From the NCBI GenBank assembly GCA_048772705.1, contig JBLWGC010000173.1, positions 231,371-295,370 on the forward strand: a stretch of 64,000 bases of DNA, written 5' to 3'. Source of the stretch: Leidyana gryllorum EB-2025a (Eukaryota; Protista; Apicomplexa). Below are positions 47,401-60,442 of this stretch, piece by piece (position 1 is the first letter of the stretch; every line of letters begins with the position of its first letter). The notes beneath the pieces are model-generated. The model was not told the origin of the DNA, did not search any database, and saw nothing but the letters and a program-made list of their open reading frames with translations. The position numbers and the translations under genes are program-made.

Positions 47401-49090
47401 CACTCTCGCACATCAAGTTCTTCAAGCTCTCATTGCAACACGTGGCCTCCCTCTGGCCACCGCGCAACCTCCCAAAGTCCTGCCGAAACCGACCCCGGCT
47501 GCGGCCACCTCCCATCGTACTTCTACCCCCCACAATGGCCGCACGACCTCCTCCTCATCCATGAGACAACATCACGCACATGAAAAAGGCTCTCAGTCAC
47601 CACGAGCAACCGGAGGCGGCGGCAATGGGAGCGATACTCGAGGCCGCGGAGGAGGTGGGAGTGCCAAATCGCAACCCCTGTCGAGCTCTGGACCCAATTC
47701 CGTGGGACAGCCAACTCCACCACAGACGGTGGTGACTCCGACGCCCTTTTCGCCCGCGGCTGCCACTGACTCGGTGAAGGAGAGCAGCGGTTCTGCGCCC
47801 GCACCACCACAAAAGACCGATATACGCTCGGGCATAGAGCCACTGCCGGCCTCTTCCTCGGCACCCACAACTCAACAACGGAAAAGTCACTCCCCCCAGT
47901 CGTCACACCATCATCCGCCCAGCACGGCAACACACCATCACATATCCGCAGCGATCAGTGGGTCGAGATCTTCTGAAGCCCATTCTAACACAGTGACCCT
48001 CCCGAATGCAGCGACTACAACTCCGGCTGGACAAAGTTCCAAGCACACGGAGAGTGCTGCCTCCTCCTCCGGAAAGGCGGCGGCGTCTCAACAAAGGAAA
48101 GACGGTCAACGTACTCCGTCCGCTGCTGGAGGGACAGGAGGAGATGGCGAGAATGCCGATGGGGGGGCTGCGCGGAAGAAGCGCAGAGTAGAAACATCAC
48201 GCAGTCGGGAGTTAGAGGTTCCTGTTTATGAGAACGCATCTGCTCCATCTGACGGTCCCAGCCCGACTGCGACGGCTACACCCACAGCGTCAGCAACAAC
48301 TCATCAGCAGCATCACCATCCTGGGCCACAGACATCGTCTACATCAACTCAAAGCAAGCTGGCTTCCAGCCATGTGACCCCATCTGCCTACGGTGGGGGT
48401 GTCGTCCACCGTTCTTTAGCGGCTGCCGCCACTTCTGGCCATCATCATCACCATTCAGGAGGAGGGGGAAGTCGCTCGTCCAGTATCACCACCGGTCAGC
48501 ACCGCGACGTCCACGTTGTCAAAAGAAACGACCGTGGTGGCGGTGAGGGGCCAGCAACCCGCTATCAGCCTCAAGCGAACACTGTCGATTCCACGGTCAC
48601 CAGTCAAGATCGCTCGGAAAGGAGTCGTGGTGGAGGCGGCGGCGGGGGTGGCGGAGAGTCCGAGGAGGAGAAGGAGAGACGTCTGAAGGAAGAGACGCGA
48701 CAGAGATTCTTGGCCGAACGGGCACGACGAGCACCGCAAGTATCAGATTCGCCCAGTCGTCGGCGCCAAGGAGGTCAAGTGGTTGATCTCGGGCCAGTCG
48801 CTAAAAGACGGAGGGAAGAAGACCCTCTGCCCTCGAATGCCGCTTCCCCATATCCAGATCAAGTTGATCGACGATCGTGGACTAGCAGCCGAAATATGGC
48901 GGTCAATCACGACCATCTCCGTGACTTTGCATGGAATCCAAACAATGGCCAAGGTAGTCGAGGCAGTCAAGGGCCTATGCCCACAGGTGGCTCTGCATCG
49001 TATGACGAGAGACGGCGTATGCGCCAACCGCCTGTGTTGGTACGGCGACCTGCGGCCGATCGACATTGGCCATCCAAACCAAACTACTGA
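41426..49090 (+). CDS. THOC2: THO complex subunit 2, multi-exon, with a long disordered C-terminus
   Basis: FLTFWQLALGDICHP..VYE, FL…APRCLLTPSDSIYC.KF and ACTDREA.NLG.F match the Tho2 domain. Gene size is consistent. Confidence 0.88.
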
Positions 49091-49427
49091 CAACACCTAA
49101 TGCACTCACTATGTACTCTGATAACTTGTCATAAGTAATGAATGCATCAGCACACTGTTATTTAGATAGACGTCACTGCACAATACAGCAGTAAAAGTGT
49201 CCAACAACGGACTTGTTGAAATCATGACTCCTCTGCAGCCTCCCGATCAACATCTTGCTACATCGACACTTGGAGAGCTCCGAGTTCCGTTGCTGAGGGT
49301 TCCATCCATGTTCAGGACAGCACCAAGCGCGCGATGTCCCACAGTGTCCCAAATGTCCCACGATGTCCCAACGGCCATATCACTTCGTGTCCAAAGCCGT
49401 CTGGACCAATAAGGCTGCACAAAGTAT

Positions 49428-51296
49428 CTATTCATCCGTTGGGGACGACGGGGGTGGTACAATCCGATTCGTCCTCTCGCGTTTGAAGAGTTCTTCAATG
49501 TCTTCCATGTCCACCAAATCCATACTCCTGCTGTAGAACAATGGGAAGTGATTGAGTACATATCCGTGAGCAGCAACGCGTTTCCACGGAGTTATCTGAT
49601 GAATGAGGTCAACCTGCAAGTTGGCAAAGTTTATGATAAATCTGGATACCCGCAGGTAGTCCCTAACAGTGCACACTGGGCCACCTGGGCGGTGCTTATA
49701 TTTATGTGCCCAATATCTCTGGATTTCTGCCTTCTGCATCGTGTCGCCGCGCATTTTGTGTCTCCAATACGTGTATTGCTGCTGTCTACACGATCGCAGG
49801 CTGTCCACCTGCAGGGCTAGGCGGGTGAAATCTAGATAGTTCAAAACATCTTGTAGCTGCACTATGTTTCGATTAAGTCGCCTTCGCACCAGATTCATCA
49901 ACGTATCATCTGGTCTTGTTGCCAGCACTCGTTCTATCCCATTAGCGCTGCATATGATTCCGAATAATTCTCCATTCAACTCAGCCCAACGACCACTTAC
50001 GTCATATTGAAGACTTCATGTCGCCAAACATCAAAGAGCGCCTTATCAACGGTATTGATGACGTGAACTGCATCCTCCACACGCAGAGACCGGAAGTATT
50101 GACATGGATTTGGTATCTGCTCAGGCCCGAAACCTTCCGAGTACAGTTTGGTGAGGGGAAGGACTGAGGCTAGATCGATCGCTCTCCAATCGTCGGGGTC
50201 GAGCGAACAAGCCTGACCGCGCACTGTGATGCCAACGCCAGATGGGTCAAAGAACATAGAGCCGTTTTTCACATGATCCTCTATGTCGAACTCCCTCTCC
50301 CACATATTGTCGAAGCGTGTGCAGGGCACCATATAATTTGAAGTATGGAAGTCACAGTGCAAGAATTCGTTGCCCCACAATCGGCTGACCCAGCGCCCAA
50401 TTGAGCCCACCAACAGTGTCATCTGCGAATTGTGTCACATCAGAGTGCAATCCTATCGAGCGCCTCACCGTTCGTTGATATAGCACCCATTCATCTGCGA
50501 TGGCGTCGACCTTCTCCAAAACATCCTCACGGTCGCTGGGATCGGGTCGACGATTGTATCTCTGAAGAGCATTGACCAAATTGGTGATGGCCCTTCTGAT
50601 GCTCGGAATGTGGTTTCGCACCCCCGAAGACCGCACAAGGTTCCAAACAGTGGTTCCGGGTAGTGTTTCGGCAAAGTATGTTGCTAAACAAAGAGGGCAA
50701 TAGATTCATTTGGACAATGAAGACCAGTCAGTACCTGGAGAATGCCATCTGTGAGGTTTCCCAGTATCTTTGTAATTGATCTGAATCATAGCTATTCCAA
50801 GTTTTAAGGGCCCCAATATTGCCGCCCCTACGGTTGCAACACTTCAAGAAACCTACACATCTCCCAGCTACTCACTCATTTTCTCCTTATCTGTTGCAGC
50901 CAAATCCCTTCTCTGTACTGCAGTGCGCTCTTCGTTCTCAACATTTGCGGACAAGAAGGTTTTGAGAGCAACTCGGAGCTCAGGTTCTTTCTCAGGGTGA
51001 ACGAAGTGTTCAGGGCCACAGATCGTATAATCCTCAATGTCACGAGGGTATGGTTTCAGATCACAGTTTCTATAAATGTCGTATCTGGTGCCGTCGTTTT
51101 GTATCCTCAAGAAGATAACCAATCCAAAGGAACCAGCTGAGGCCGGAATGCTGTGGTCGCAAAGAATTCCAGGATCACTGCCGGCCTCCAAATCGTCACA
51201 GATTTGTTTCACTTGCCGCAGCTTGGCAGGGTCCATTGCGGCGAACACCGGACATAAAAGCAGGACAAAGAATGATCCCCACCAGCTGAGCATCAT
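49428..51296 (-). CDS. Putative secreted atypical protein kinase, multi-exon
   Basis: Signal-peptide-like MMLSWWGSFFVLLLCPVFAA, then SAGSFGLV (Gly loop), VALK, HCDFHTSN (catalytic loop) and IDLA (DFG position) in the correct order. Confidence 0.75.
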
Positions 51297-51324
51297 TCGC
51301 CTCCTTCCAAAAAAAAGCTGAAAG

Positions 51325-52438
51325 ATGGGTAAACGGGGTCCTTCGAACACGCACCCTGCTCCGGTTTCAACCGTTGCTAGTGCTGCCGACTCTGTTTTCG
51401 TCGAGTTCGAGATTTTCGAACCTCATGAACGCTTTCGACCCGGTCTTCGTATCCAACTCAATGATTTCTGTAATCAGTTCAACCTCGATGTATTTGACCT
51501 AGCTGAGGCCATCACCGACCAGGTATGTCCCAGCGCCCATCGTCATACTGGACGTCAATTCGGCTGCGATATAGGTAAACATCGGGTCCGTCATCTGCAT
51601 TGAAGACGAAGCGGTCTCTGCGGACGAAGAAAGTCCGGACGAGCCTGATGACGAATTCAAGAAAAGGGAAGACTGTAAACTACCTGAGCAAGATCGGGAA
51701 GATTGCGTCCTCGGTATTGCCACCTTGTTGAACTTCCGACAGCACGCCAAGTTGTTCGCCCCCATGGCCAAGACTTTGCGCAAAAAGCTCAAAGGGTGAG
51801 TCCATAGCCCCGGAACCACTCACACTCACACTCACACACACACGCACATATCTATTTGATCTTTCAGAAACGCTGAGGCTCAAACTCTATTGGCACTGTT
51901 GGACGATGCTGAGAAGGGGAAGAAGGAATTAGGAATGCTGTTGACGGCGCGTGTGACGAATGTGCCACAGAGTGTAGTAGGGGATGCTCTTCATGGTCTC
52001 AAAGAGGACGTTGAATGGTCATTGAAAGCGGAAGATTGCGAGGAAGAGGAGAAGCAGTTCTATCGATTTGACTACATATTTGGGTGTTGCGACATCTACA
52101 AAGCCTCTTCGAGGGAGCAGAACACACGATCGCCAAAAAAGCGTGCTCGAACGGGTGCGAGTGCACAGAGCTCGTCAGCAAGTACGTCTGGTGCTGACTG
52201 GGTGTACGCCCGATCAGAAGACGCTGTTCTGCATCGTGAGGCTGAGATTGCTTTAGAGTATCCCACAGGAGTGACAGTGAGTGGAAAGACATATATTTCT
52301 GTAATGTTGCTTTTCCCCTTTCAGCGCCCAGGACCTGACGGCGAAGGAAGCTTGCAGCAGTACTTGCTGATCTATGCTGCACCATACAAGCAACTTGACA
52401 GCTTCGCTAAGCTGATATTGAAGGAAGCAGCCGATTGA
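51325..52438 (+). CDS. BCCIP: BCCIP/Bcp1 family protein, multi-exon
   Basis: Motifs VFVEFEIFEP, DLAEAI..Q|VNIGSVI, LGIATLLNF, GMLLTARVTNVP, FDYI and Y.RSED. Confidence 0.85.
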
Positions 52439-52514
52439 TGGTGTGTAACATTGGTGCTTAGCGGCGGGCTGGTCAAGTACTTGAGTGGATACATGTTTGC
52501 GTACATCTTGATGG

Positions 52515-55297
52515 TCAAGCCAGGAGCTTGGAGGGTAGGACCTTGCGGAACTGCTTGAGAGCAGCCGTCAGTCGATTGCGGTGTTCTGTGGCAAGCGAAT
52601 CAGCTCCCTGTCGTGAGTGGTTAAACTGCTGATTGTTATCTGGTGACACTTTACCTTGATGGAGAATGAGTCATCATAGTCACAGAACTCGAAGATCTGG
52701 ACTGTAACTTCAGTGGACGGGTCATCGGGCATTTTCATTGAGAAGGAAAAGTCAGATTCATATCCCAATCGAGGAGTTCCCCGAACTATGGCAACGGTTG
52801 CCTGTCAATGAGTGCTTTTTGAGTATCCAGTTACAGCCTACCTTGGTTTCGTCGAGGTTCACTTCGGTCAGGTTGATGCCGTACTCAGACTCGAGGAACT
52901 CTACGAGTAGAGCCCCAAAATCAGAGTTGAAGCGTTGAGATATGTCTCGCTCTTCCCATGTTGTTGCGGATTGGTTCCAAGCGGAAGGTGCAGACCACGA
53001 GGCGGCGGGATGAGACTGAGCTTTTTGCAGTTCCTTAGGGTCTTCAATTCGCTGGGGTGGAGTTGGTGCGACTCTGCATTACATGGAAATTCTTCATTTT
53101 TGACGCTCGCAAACGTACAAGTGACCATCTGGGAGCTCTCGCTTCCAATACGTGTAGGATATAGCGCGGCAATCGGCGGCACTGCCCTCCTCAGCCTCCA
53201 TGCGATGGAAATTTTATTTCTTCCCCCAACGAAAAAGAGCTCGCTGGGCACTCTGAGTAAGTGCTATGCTATCCATCCCGGTGCCCTACCCCACGTGTGC
53301 TCCCTTACCTGCTGCTCAATGTTCATTGATCCTTCCCGTTGGTGTCCGAACTAGTCGCCGCCACGCCTGGATCATCTGTTGTGGAATCTCGGTATATAGC
53401 CTGCATATTGCGGAAGAGACCCCGCACTGGGTCACGAGACGGTCTAGCTACCACCCGCGGAACGGAAGTCGCACTTCCGCCAACAGCAACAGCTAATCGC
53501 TTCGTATTAGGCTGCTGGACGTCCTCGCTGGGAGATTGTGGCATGAGGTTCCGAGAAGGAGTCTCGCCGGCCACAGGCGGCCTAGAGTCGTATTGGGTCA
53601 ATACCCCCGTAGCAGCCTGTGCCCGCTTCTTGGCCTCCTTCCACTCTTTCGCATAGTGATCAATGCCGAGCTTGCCCGGCGAAATACCCACTATCTCTAA
53701 GTTGTTACAAGCATTCCGACAAATCGGGAATGATTGCCAATCCAGCGGGCTGCTTGCGGTGTAAAACAGGGTAGCACACGTCAAACTTACATCGATGTGG
53801 CGAAAGCACTCGGATCTTTCGCCCGCATACTATGCGTCTCTTCACCGCTTCGTTTGATCCACTCCAATTCGTATAGGAAGACCTGCAGCAGTAGCAGTGT
53901 TCAACTGGGACAGACGTCGCAACACCAACCTCAAGCGTAGTCATCGCGTCGTAGCCGGCTTCGTGGGACTTATCCTTTTGCGCTTGGAAGCGCTCCATGG
54001 ATGGGTGGGATACATTAGACGTGGGTGGGGAGGGTGGCGGAGGCGGAGAGGGGGAAAGTGGCGCGTCCAAACTTTCGCGCTCTTCAATGGAAGACTCTGA
54101 CATGGGTGATTGCCTGCTTTCGGGAGCTGGCGGTGCTGATGGAGACGACTGTTCGCCCATGGGTGGAGGGACCCCCTGTTTGGAAGGTTTCATACTCCCC
54201 GCCCGCAGGGAAAGACGTTCCGGATCGTAGCCTTCCAGCTCCCCCGCCTTGTAGGCAGCCAAGTCGGTATTAATAACGAATTCCAGTTTTGAATCTTCCT
54301 GCGTAAGATGCTGATAGAGATACTCCAGCGATGTGCTCGCTCGACTGTGTGAGAAAGTGAAATGAAGGATCACAAACTCGAGCTTTCTCTCACCTTTTGT
54401 CATATAGTCTGTACACCTTGAGGCGTCCTTCCTCGGCAATGCGTTTGGTGTCATAGACTCCCCCCGAGAAGTACGCAGCGAGGTAGTAGCAGAATTCATC
54501 AACGGTTTCGGGAAGCTCACTGCATTAGCGGCGTCGTAACTCGAGCGTACTGCTTTGATCAGAACCTACTTTATGAACTTGTCATACACATGGAGGAGGT
54601 CCAGCATTCCATTGTGTAGGACGAGCGGCTTCTGCAACTCAATAATCGTTTCGATTATTCTTTGCACTCCGCACTGTTGCGCCTTTTCGTTCGCCGGGTG
54701 CTTGGACTCATGCTGTATCGACGCTAATGCCCGGTAGTCGTACCTAAAGACAGCAACGAACGAAGACTCGAATGCGAGCGAGCGCGCGCGCGCTTTTGGA
54801 CCTACCCATCGGCGACCCACTTCCGCAGGTCGAAACCTTGCAGGGCCAACCATGTTATTGTCAACGAGTCGCAGAGAAAGATTTTCCTCTACGCAATGAT
54901 AGTGCACGTTACGCGACCGAGGTGTAGAGGCTGAATTCTCACCCAAGAAGGAAAGAGATGAAAGTTAAATGGCGATAAGATCCATTTGTTGGCATTATTA
55001 GGGTCTCTTCGTGCCGCGCACAGCCCGATTTGTACTGCGAGAAACTCCGGTACTGACTCAGCACAGTGCTGATAATACGCTTGGATACTTGTCTGCTTCT
55101 TCCCGTCAATGAATAGACCACTAAATTCTGTTTACGGGGTTTACTCATGTTGCCCCTCAAACCAGAGACCTACCCAGGTCAATAGCGACAACTTCGGCCC
55201 GTTCAATCTCTCGCTCAGCCTCCTTTAGACGCTCTATATGGCGAGCTTGTGTGTCGCTTCCTTGTACGAAGCTGGAATGCTTACGCTTCCCAGACAT
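52515..55297 (-). CDS. PARN: Poly(A)-specific ribonuclease PARN-like (CAF1/DEDD family), multi-exon; ends approximate
   Basis: Motifs IERAEVVAIDL, KPLVLHNGMLDLLHVY.KF, TSLEYLY and HEAGYDAMTT. Confidence 0.85.
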
Positions 55298-55326
55298 GTC
55301 CAGGGAGGCCGAAATCTTTTGCAGCC

Positions 55327-55878
55327 ATGCACCCCTCCCTTATCCCGCACCCTTCAATGCTCAGAACAGCTTTCGCCAGTCTTCTCCTTATACATGCAGG
55401 AATTGCTGCCGTTCGCATCATAGTGGGTGATTTGTGGGGGGGAATATGTGATTCTCTGCTCTTCGGGTGTGGCTTTCGAGCCTATCTCACAGGAGATTCA
55501 GGCCACCTCTTCCTCTTTCTCCTACTGGCTATCCTATCCTGTATCGTGTACACTACCCTCTTATTCCAGGAGCTAAGATGGTTCGGAGCCCTCACCAGCC
55601 CTACGTGGGCCTGGCGACCGAATGCGGTCGGTGTCACACTAGGCTTGGCACCACTCAATCTCACCCTTATATGCATATTAGCCTACAAACTACTGGCACG
55701 CTCGATCAAGGAATCATCTGATACCACAGGAGGAGGACCGTTCGGATTCGAACCCGCAACTCCTCCCGCACTCTATCAGACTGATCAAGATGGCATGCAT
55801 GACCCACTTCGACTAGTTCAGCCTGCTGCCTCCCTCTCACCGCATCTCAGTGCCCGATCGCTGGTCAACTCCCCATGA
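55327..55878 (+). CDS. Small multi-pass membrane protein of unknown function
   Basis: About four hydrophobic segments. First ATG at 55327. Confidence 0.6.
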   Translation: MHPSLIPHPSMLRTAFASLLLIHAGIAAVRIIVGDLWGGICDSLLFGCGFRAYLTGDSGHLFLFLLLAILSCIVYTTLLFQELRWFGALTSPTWAWRPNAVGVTLGLAPLNLTLICILAYKLLARSIKESSDTTGGGPFGFEPATPPALYQTDQDGMHDPLRLVQPAASLSPHLSARSLVNSP

Positions 55879-55923
55879 TACTCCCCAATTCTCTCGGCCC
55901 TCAAGACTATCGCTGGCAGAGCA

Positions 55924-57018
55924 CTACTGAGCGGGGTCCGAGTGGGAGGTGGAGGGACCACACGTAACTACTGCGTGATCGTTCGTTGCCCCTGCTGGGA
56001 CATTCTCTATGGGATCCTCACCCGGGAGCTTGCCCTCAACTTCTTCACCTCCACCCTCAACTTTTTCGTTCTCAGTACCATCGGAGGGCTCTTGTGATTG
56101 ACTCCTCCCAACCCCCTCCACAGGGACCTCAGTCCCGCCTGTTTTTAAGAACTGCTGAAACTCCTCATCCTCAGCCATTTCATCTACAACCAGACCACCT
56201 GCCACCATTCAAAGTGATCAGTAGGCTCGCAAATCCGCATTCCTTACCCCTTTGCTTGAGGTATTCTATGGTCTCAGTATGACCCTTTTGCTCCGCAAAT
56301 GCCAGCTGATCAAGCTCAATCTCACTACCAAGTGTCAACCCCTTACCGGTGTTTTCGCTCCCTTTGACGTCTTGGCATTGAGTCTTGCTCCCGATCTTAA
56401 GCACTGCCGTGGAAAGAGTAGACTCGATTATTACAGTTGACTTACCAACTTAACAGCTTCTAAGTGTCCAGCCGAGGCAGCAAAGTGAATGGCTTGCATA
56501 TTATCCTTAGCCCCAGCCTTGACATCTACCAAAGGTTCACCTTCGTACTTGGCAAGTAGTAGTTTCATAACTCCAATGTTGCCACCGAAGGCCGCCAGTT
56601 GCAGCGGAGTGCGACCAAAGTTGTCTGGAGAATTGACCAAGTTCTTCAGACGCTTCATTAAGGTCTGTTGGACACTGACATCATCAGATATACACAACTT
56701 GAGCAAGGGTGTCAAACGCTCTCGCAACTCTGCTGTTGCACTTGCCCGGCATTCACGAGGTAGTTCAGGCCCTATTGACTGCGTTGGGGCTTCTTGGGGC
56801 GCCTCAACCGTTCCTTCGAGACGCTGCTTCTTTAGCCATGGCACTTCCACAAGGCTTTCATCCACCTCCAACTCTTCTTGACGACGCTTCTTGCTGGTTT
56901 CACGTTTTCTGCGCTGTTCAATCTGATTCATCCATTTCGGGATATGAACCTCGCGTATATGTGACAATAGGTCGTCCGCGCTGCCCTCGCGGCAAAGTTT
57001 GAACCATGGTGTGCCCAT
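55924..57018 (-). CDS. Ankyrin-repeat protein, multi-exon
   Basis: Motifs GRTPLQLAAFGGNIGVMKLLL, QAIHFAASAGHLEAVKL and AEQKGHTETIEYL. Confidence 0.85.
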
Positions 57019-57066
57019 GTGAGCTCAAAAAAAGGGCCGTGTGGTGTGTGCGCACATCAAGACACG

Positions 57067-60000
57067 ATGTACGGCCAACGAGTCGCATCCCCACAGGCCG
57101 CCTCCTTACGTTCGGGCTTTGGCTTAGACTCTGAACAAAGCGCCGATGTGGACCTGTCTATCAGGGATCTTCTTCGGTTTCGGAAGGATCTTTTTGACCA
57201 GTCTTTCCACTTCATTGGCCGGCCCAACGATGAGTGCCGGGCGATCTTGCAGACGCCATTCATCACAGGTAGCAAATTGGACAGGTTCGTACACATTCTT
57301 CGCAGATCCCAATAATCTTGCCACGGAGGTTCAAGTGAGTCCCAGCCAGGAGGAGGACATGGGAATGGCTTTCGAAGTATCGGGTGGCAAACCACGTTCA
57401 CAAGAGGACACAGAAAGGGGCTCAGACATCGTATCGCAATTCGAGCCTACACCTGATACGAGATCGATGGCGCATGAGACTTCGACCATTGAACCGATGG
57501 ACACTGAACAGGCAGAACCAACCCTAACGGAGAAGATTCGAGGGCCGAGCAGAGGATCATGGACCAGCGTGACAACAGCGTCTTTCGTCAGCGCGGCTGA
57601 TCATGTCACCGCTGGACTCACTGATACCCTCCCGCTTCTTGTGCTGTCCCGGGGTGGCATATCCACCTTTCTGGGCATCATCGTGATGATAGTCTTGTTC
57701 GTCATCCCGGTCCACAGCTATGAACTAATGCTGGGTCAACTCTATCAAGGCACTGCAGGGGTGAGTGACAATGTGCAAGGCGCGATATTGGCTCCCAGCG
57801 GATCTGGTTCTTTCGTCACCGACGATTATCTGGCGTAACGCTGTTGATGTTTCTAATTGTCTTCATCCAAGTTCCTTACTTACTCCGTGAGTTGTCGAAT
57901 TCAAGGTCTCTGTACATCCACATCCCTTCCCACATATCAGATCAATTCGGGGTAGCCTCGGTTTATCTCTCTAACTGCTTTCGTTCTCCCCTCCCATGGT
58001 CACTGACTGACGAACAGTATCAAGATTGTGCACGAACAGCGGTCAACTGCGACGCCAAGTTCGAATGCACAGAATTCGAGGGCATATGCGTGGCCAATCC
58101 CTTCAAATATGCGGAGCACTTCTTCAATAGGTCCATTCTTGGACACACATATGAGACTTGGCCCCCCCCAGAAGTAATATTCCCGGATGAGATTTCTTTC
58201 AACATCCCATTGATTGTGTGCACGGCAGTTGCATTCACTGCGGTGTGGCTGTTGACTGATTTCGGTGGGCGGAGGGTACTCGAATATCGTAAGTGTGCAA
58301 GATACGGCGATCAACTGATCGATCCTTTGACAGTGGCGGTCGGAGGAGTCGGACTCGATATATTTGTCATGCTCCTAGTTCTGCCCTTTTCCCTGGCTTT
58401 GAACGGGGCGTCGACTGGAGTCAGAGATATGTTATTTGGTAACGGACGGTGGGATTGGATCTGGAATCCACGGGAAAGTTTGCTGCTGTTGGCTTTGTTA
58501 TTGAATGGAACAGCTCTAATGAGGAACACCAATTTCTATGTTGGAAGCGGATTCAAGTGAGTTGACAACACCTGATCACTGTGTCACACACCAACCTCTC
58601 CTTGCCAGACATGACAACACGAGCAGTCGTGTGGTCCCTTGGATAGCCCAGAGCCTGGCTGTTCTCTATTCGTTTCTCCTCTCTCTGGTTCAATCCGCCC
58701 TGTTGGGATACATGGAACCTGTCTATCGTGACCGAGTCAAGGCAACTATGATGGCTTGGCGGTACAAGTCCTTTGCTGGCGACGAGGAACCAACGGGCCA
58801 TGTCAGTATGCCCGGTCTGCCAAGCTCCAATTATCTGGCTGGTACACTTTCCGGTTCCACTGCTAGAAATTGGGCGACGTTAGTTGGACCCCTGACGCTG
58901 TCATCGTTATACGGGTCGACAGCATGGGCTATCATATTTTTCGTCGGGGCCCTGCTACGAAGAGGAGTTCGAGCAGCCTTAGTGGTCAGATCACTGCAAG
59001 CTTTTCTTCATGTGAGTTGTTTGAGCAGAATCCGCCTTGATATCATATTGCCCGTGGCCTTCAGGATGCGAAGTGGGGTGAATTTGACTTGAATACTCCA
59101 GCCCGCAAGAAATGGAAGCAAATCCATTTTGGCTGGCCTGTCCTGGTCCCTCTGCTTTGTTTGGCCGCTGCACTTCTATTCACGGCGCGAAGCGGCGTGC
59201 GCGACGGTACTGTGGTAAGAGACAGCTCCAGACTCTAGCGCAAGTCATATCATGTGTAGCTTGCAGCACGCATTGTTGCCACGATTAGTCAGTTTGTCGT
59301 TCCCTTGCTCCTGGTGTGGATATTTGCCTTCGAGTTTTGGATCTTCTTCCCAAATGCATGGCAGCGAACTAGGAGACGTGTCAAAGTCATCTCTGGGGTC
59401 TCCCTCCTCTTACTCTTAGCTGCCGGTGTCATGTCGGGACTGAGTTATAGTGAAGACTATGCTGGACACGTCAGAATACCGGGAGGGAACTGGCTCGCTT
59501 TCGGTTTGTGGATAGCAGCATTCACCATCCCACCCACAATGGTGGCACTTCGATATCGTAACTGCTCCCCCTATCGATGGGTAAGTTTGTGTAGTGTGTG
59601 AGGAATGACATTCGTTTGCAGTTCATGTGGCTGATGGACATCACCGCCGATGGACGGGCAAAAGAACTGAGATCTTGGGCGAATCTGATCACTTGTCCTC
59701 AACCCCTTTGGCGACGACTACACGTCCTAACCTTTTCAGTCCCATTAAAAAGTCTGATTCCCTTCCTTTCGCTGGCACTATTACTTGTGCCATTGAATCA
59801 AATCTTCAAAACGCGCTCAGTCGAGCTTTGGTGTGAGTTATTGGGTATCGTTTTGTGCAGAATAGGTGGGATGCAGTTGGCCAGGGACATCACGCACTGT
59901 ATGTCTTCGCACCAGTGATGCAAGTACCGTACCTCTTGAGCGTCTCGTTACATTTCGGTGAGCAATTACATCAGCAAGATTGACATACTCCATACAGTGG

Positions 60001-60290
60001 GTCCCGCCGTGACTCTCTCCTTAGTGATACTGACCAGCGGCTTCATCTTCCCTCGCGTGAGTTCTTCATAGATTCAACCCATTTGGCATGGCCCCATCAC
60101 GCAGCTTTACTCCTGGCTATGGCCATCTGAGAAATATCAGTGGACTTTAGAGGAGTTGGCCGCCTCCAAAGATCCTGGGCCTCAGGAAGCTCCCCGAAGG
60201 TTGAGGGTCACCATATGGGAAGAGTTGTGGCGATCGCCTGAAAGCTTGGTCGTCCGCTCCTTCACGACCAAGCGAAAAGTGAGGTACTGA
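57067..60290 (+). CDS. Highly divergent sodium:neurotransmitter symporter (SLC6/NSS)-like transporter, multi-exon
   Basis: GGISTFL…VIPVHSYELMLGQ (cf. GGGAFL…GIPxxxLELxLGQ), FFNRSILG, PLIVC..VAF.AVW and LALNGASTGV…W, plus about 10-12 hydrophobic segments. Confidence 0.65.
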
Positions 60291-60442
60291 GATCGATTTG
60301 GCAGGTGAGAATAGCGGACGGGATGACGCAGTTTCGCCAAAGCCCGATTACACTCACGTGGTTACACGGCCGGCACGCGTTTGAAACTGTTTCCTGCGGC
60401 ATACGAGAGCAAATTGATGAGGAGGTCCACCACTCATACTTC

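Noticed and set aside
55735-55772. tRNA-like T-loop (GGTTCGAATCC on the minus strand)
   Set aside because: The T-stem does not pair beyond 2 bp, there is no cloverleaf, and it lies inside a CDS (GPFGFEPAT).
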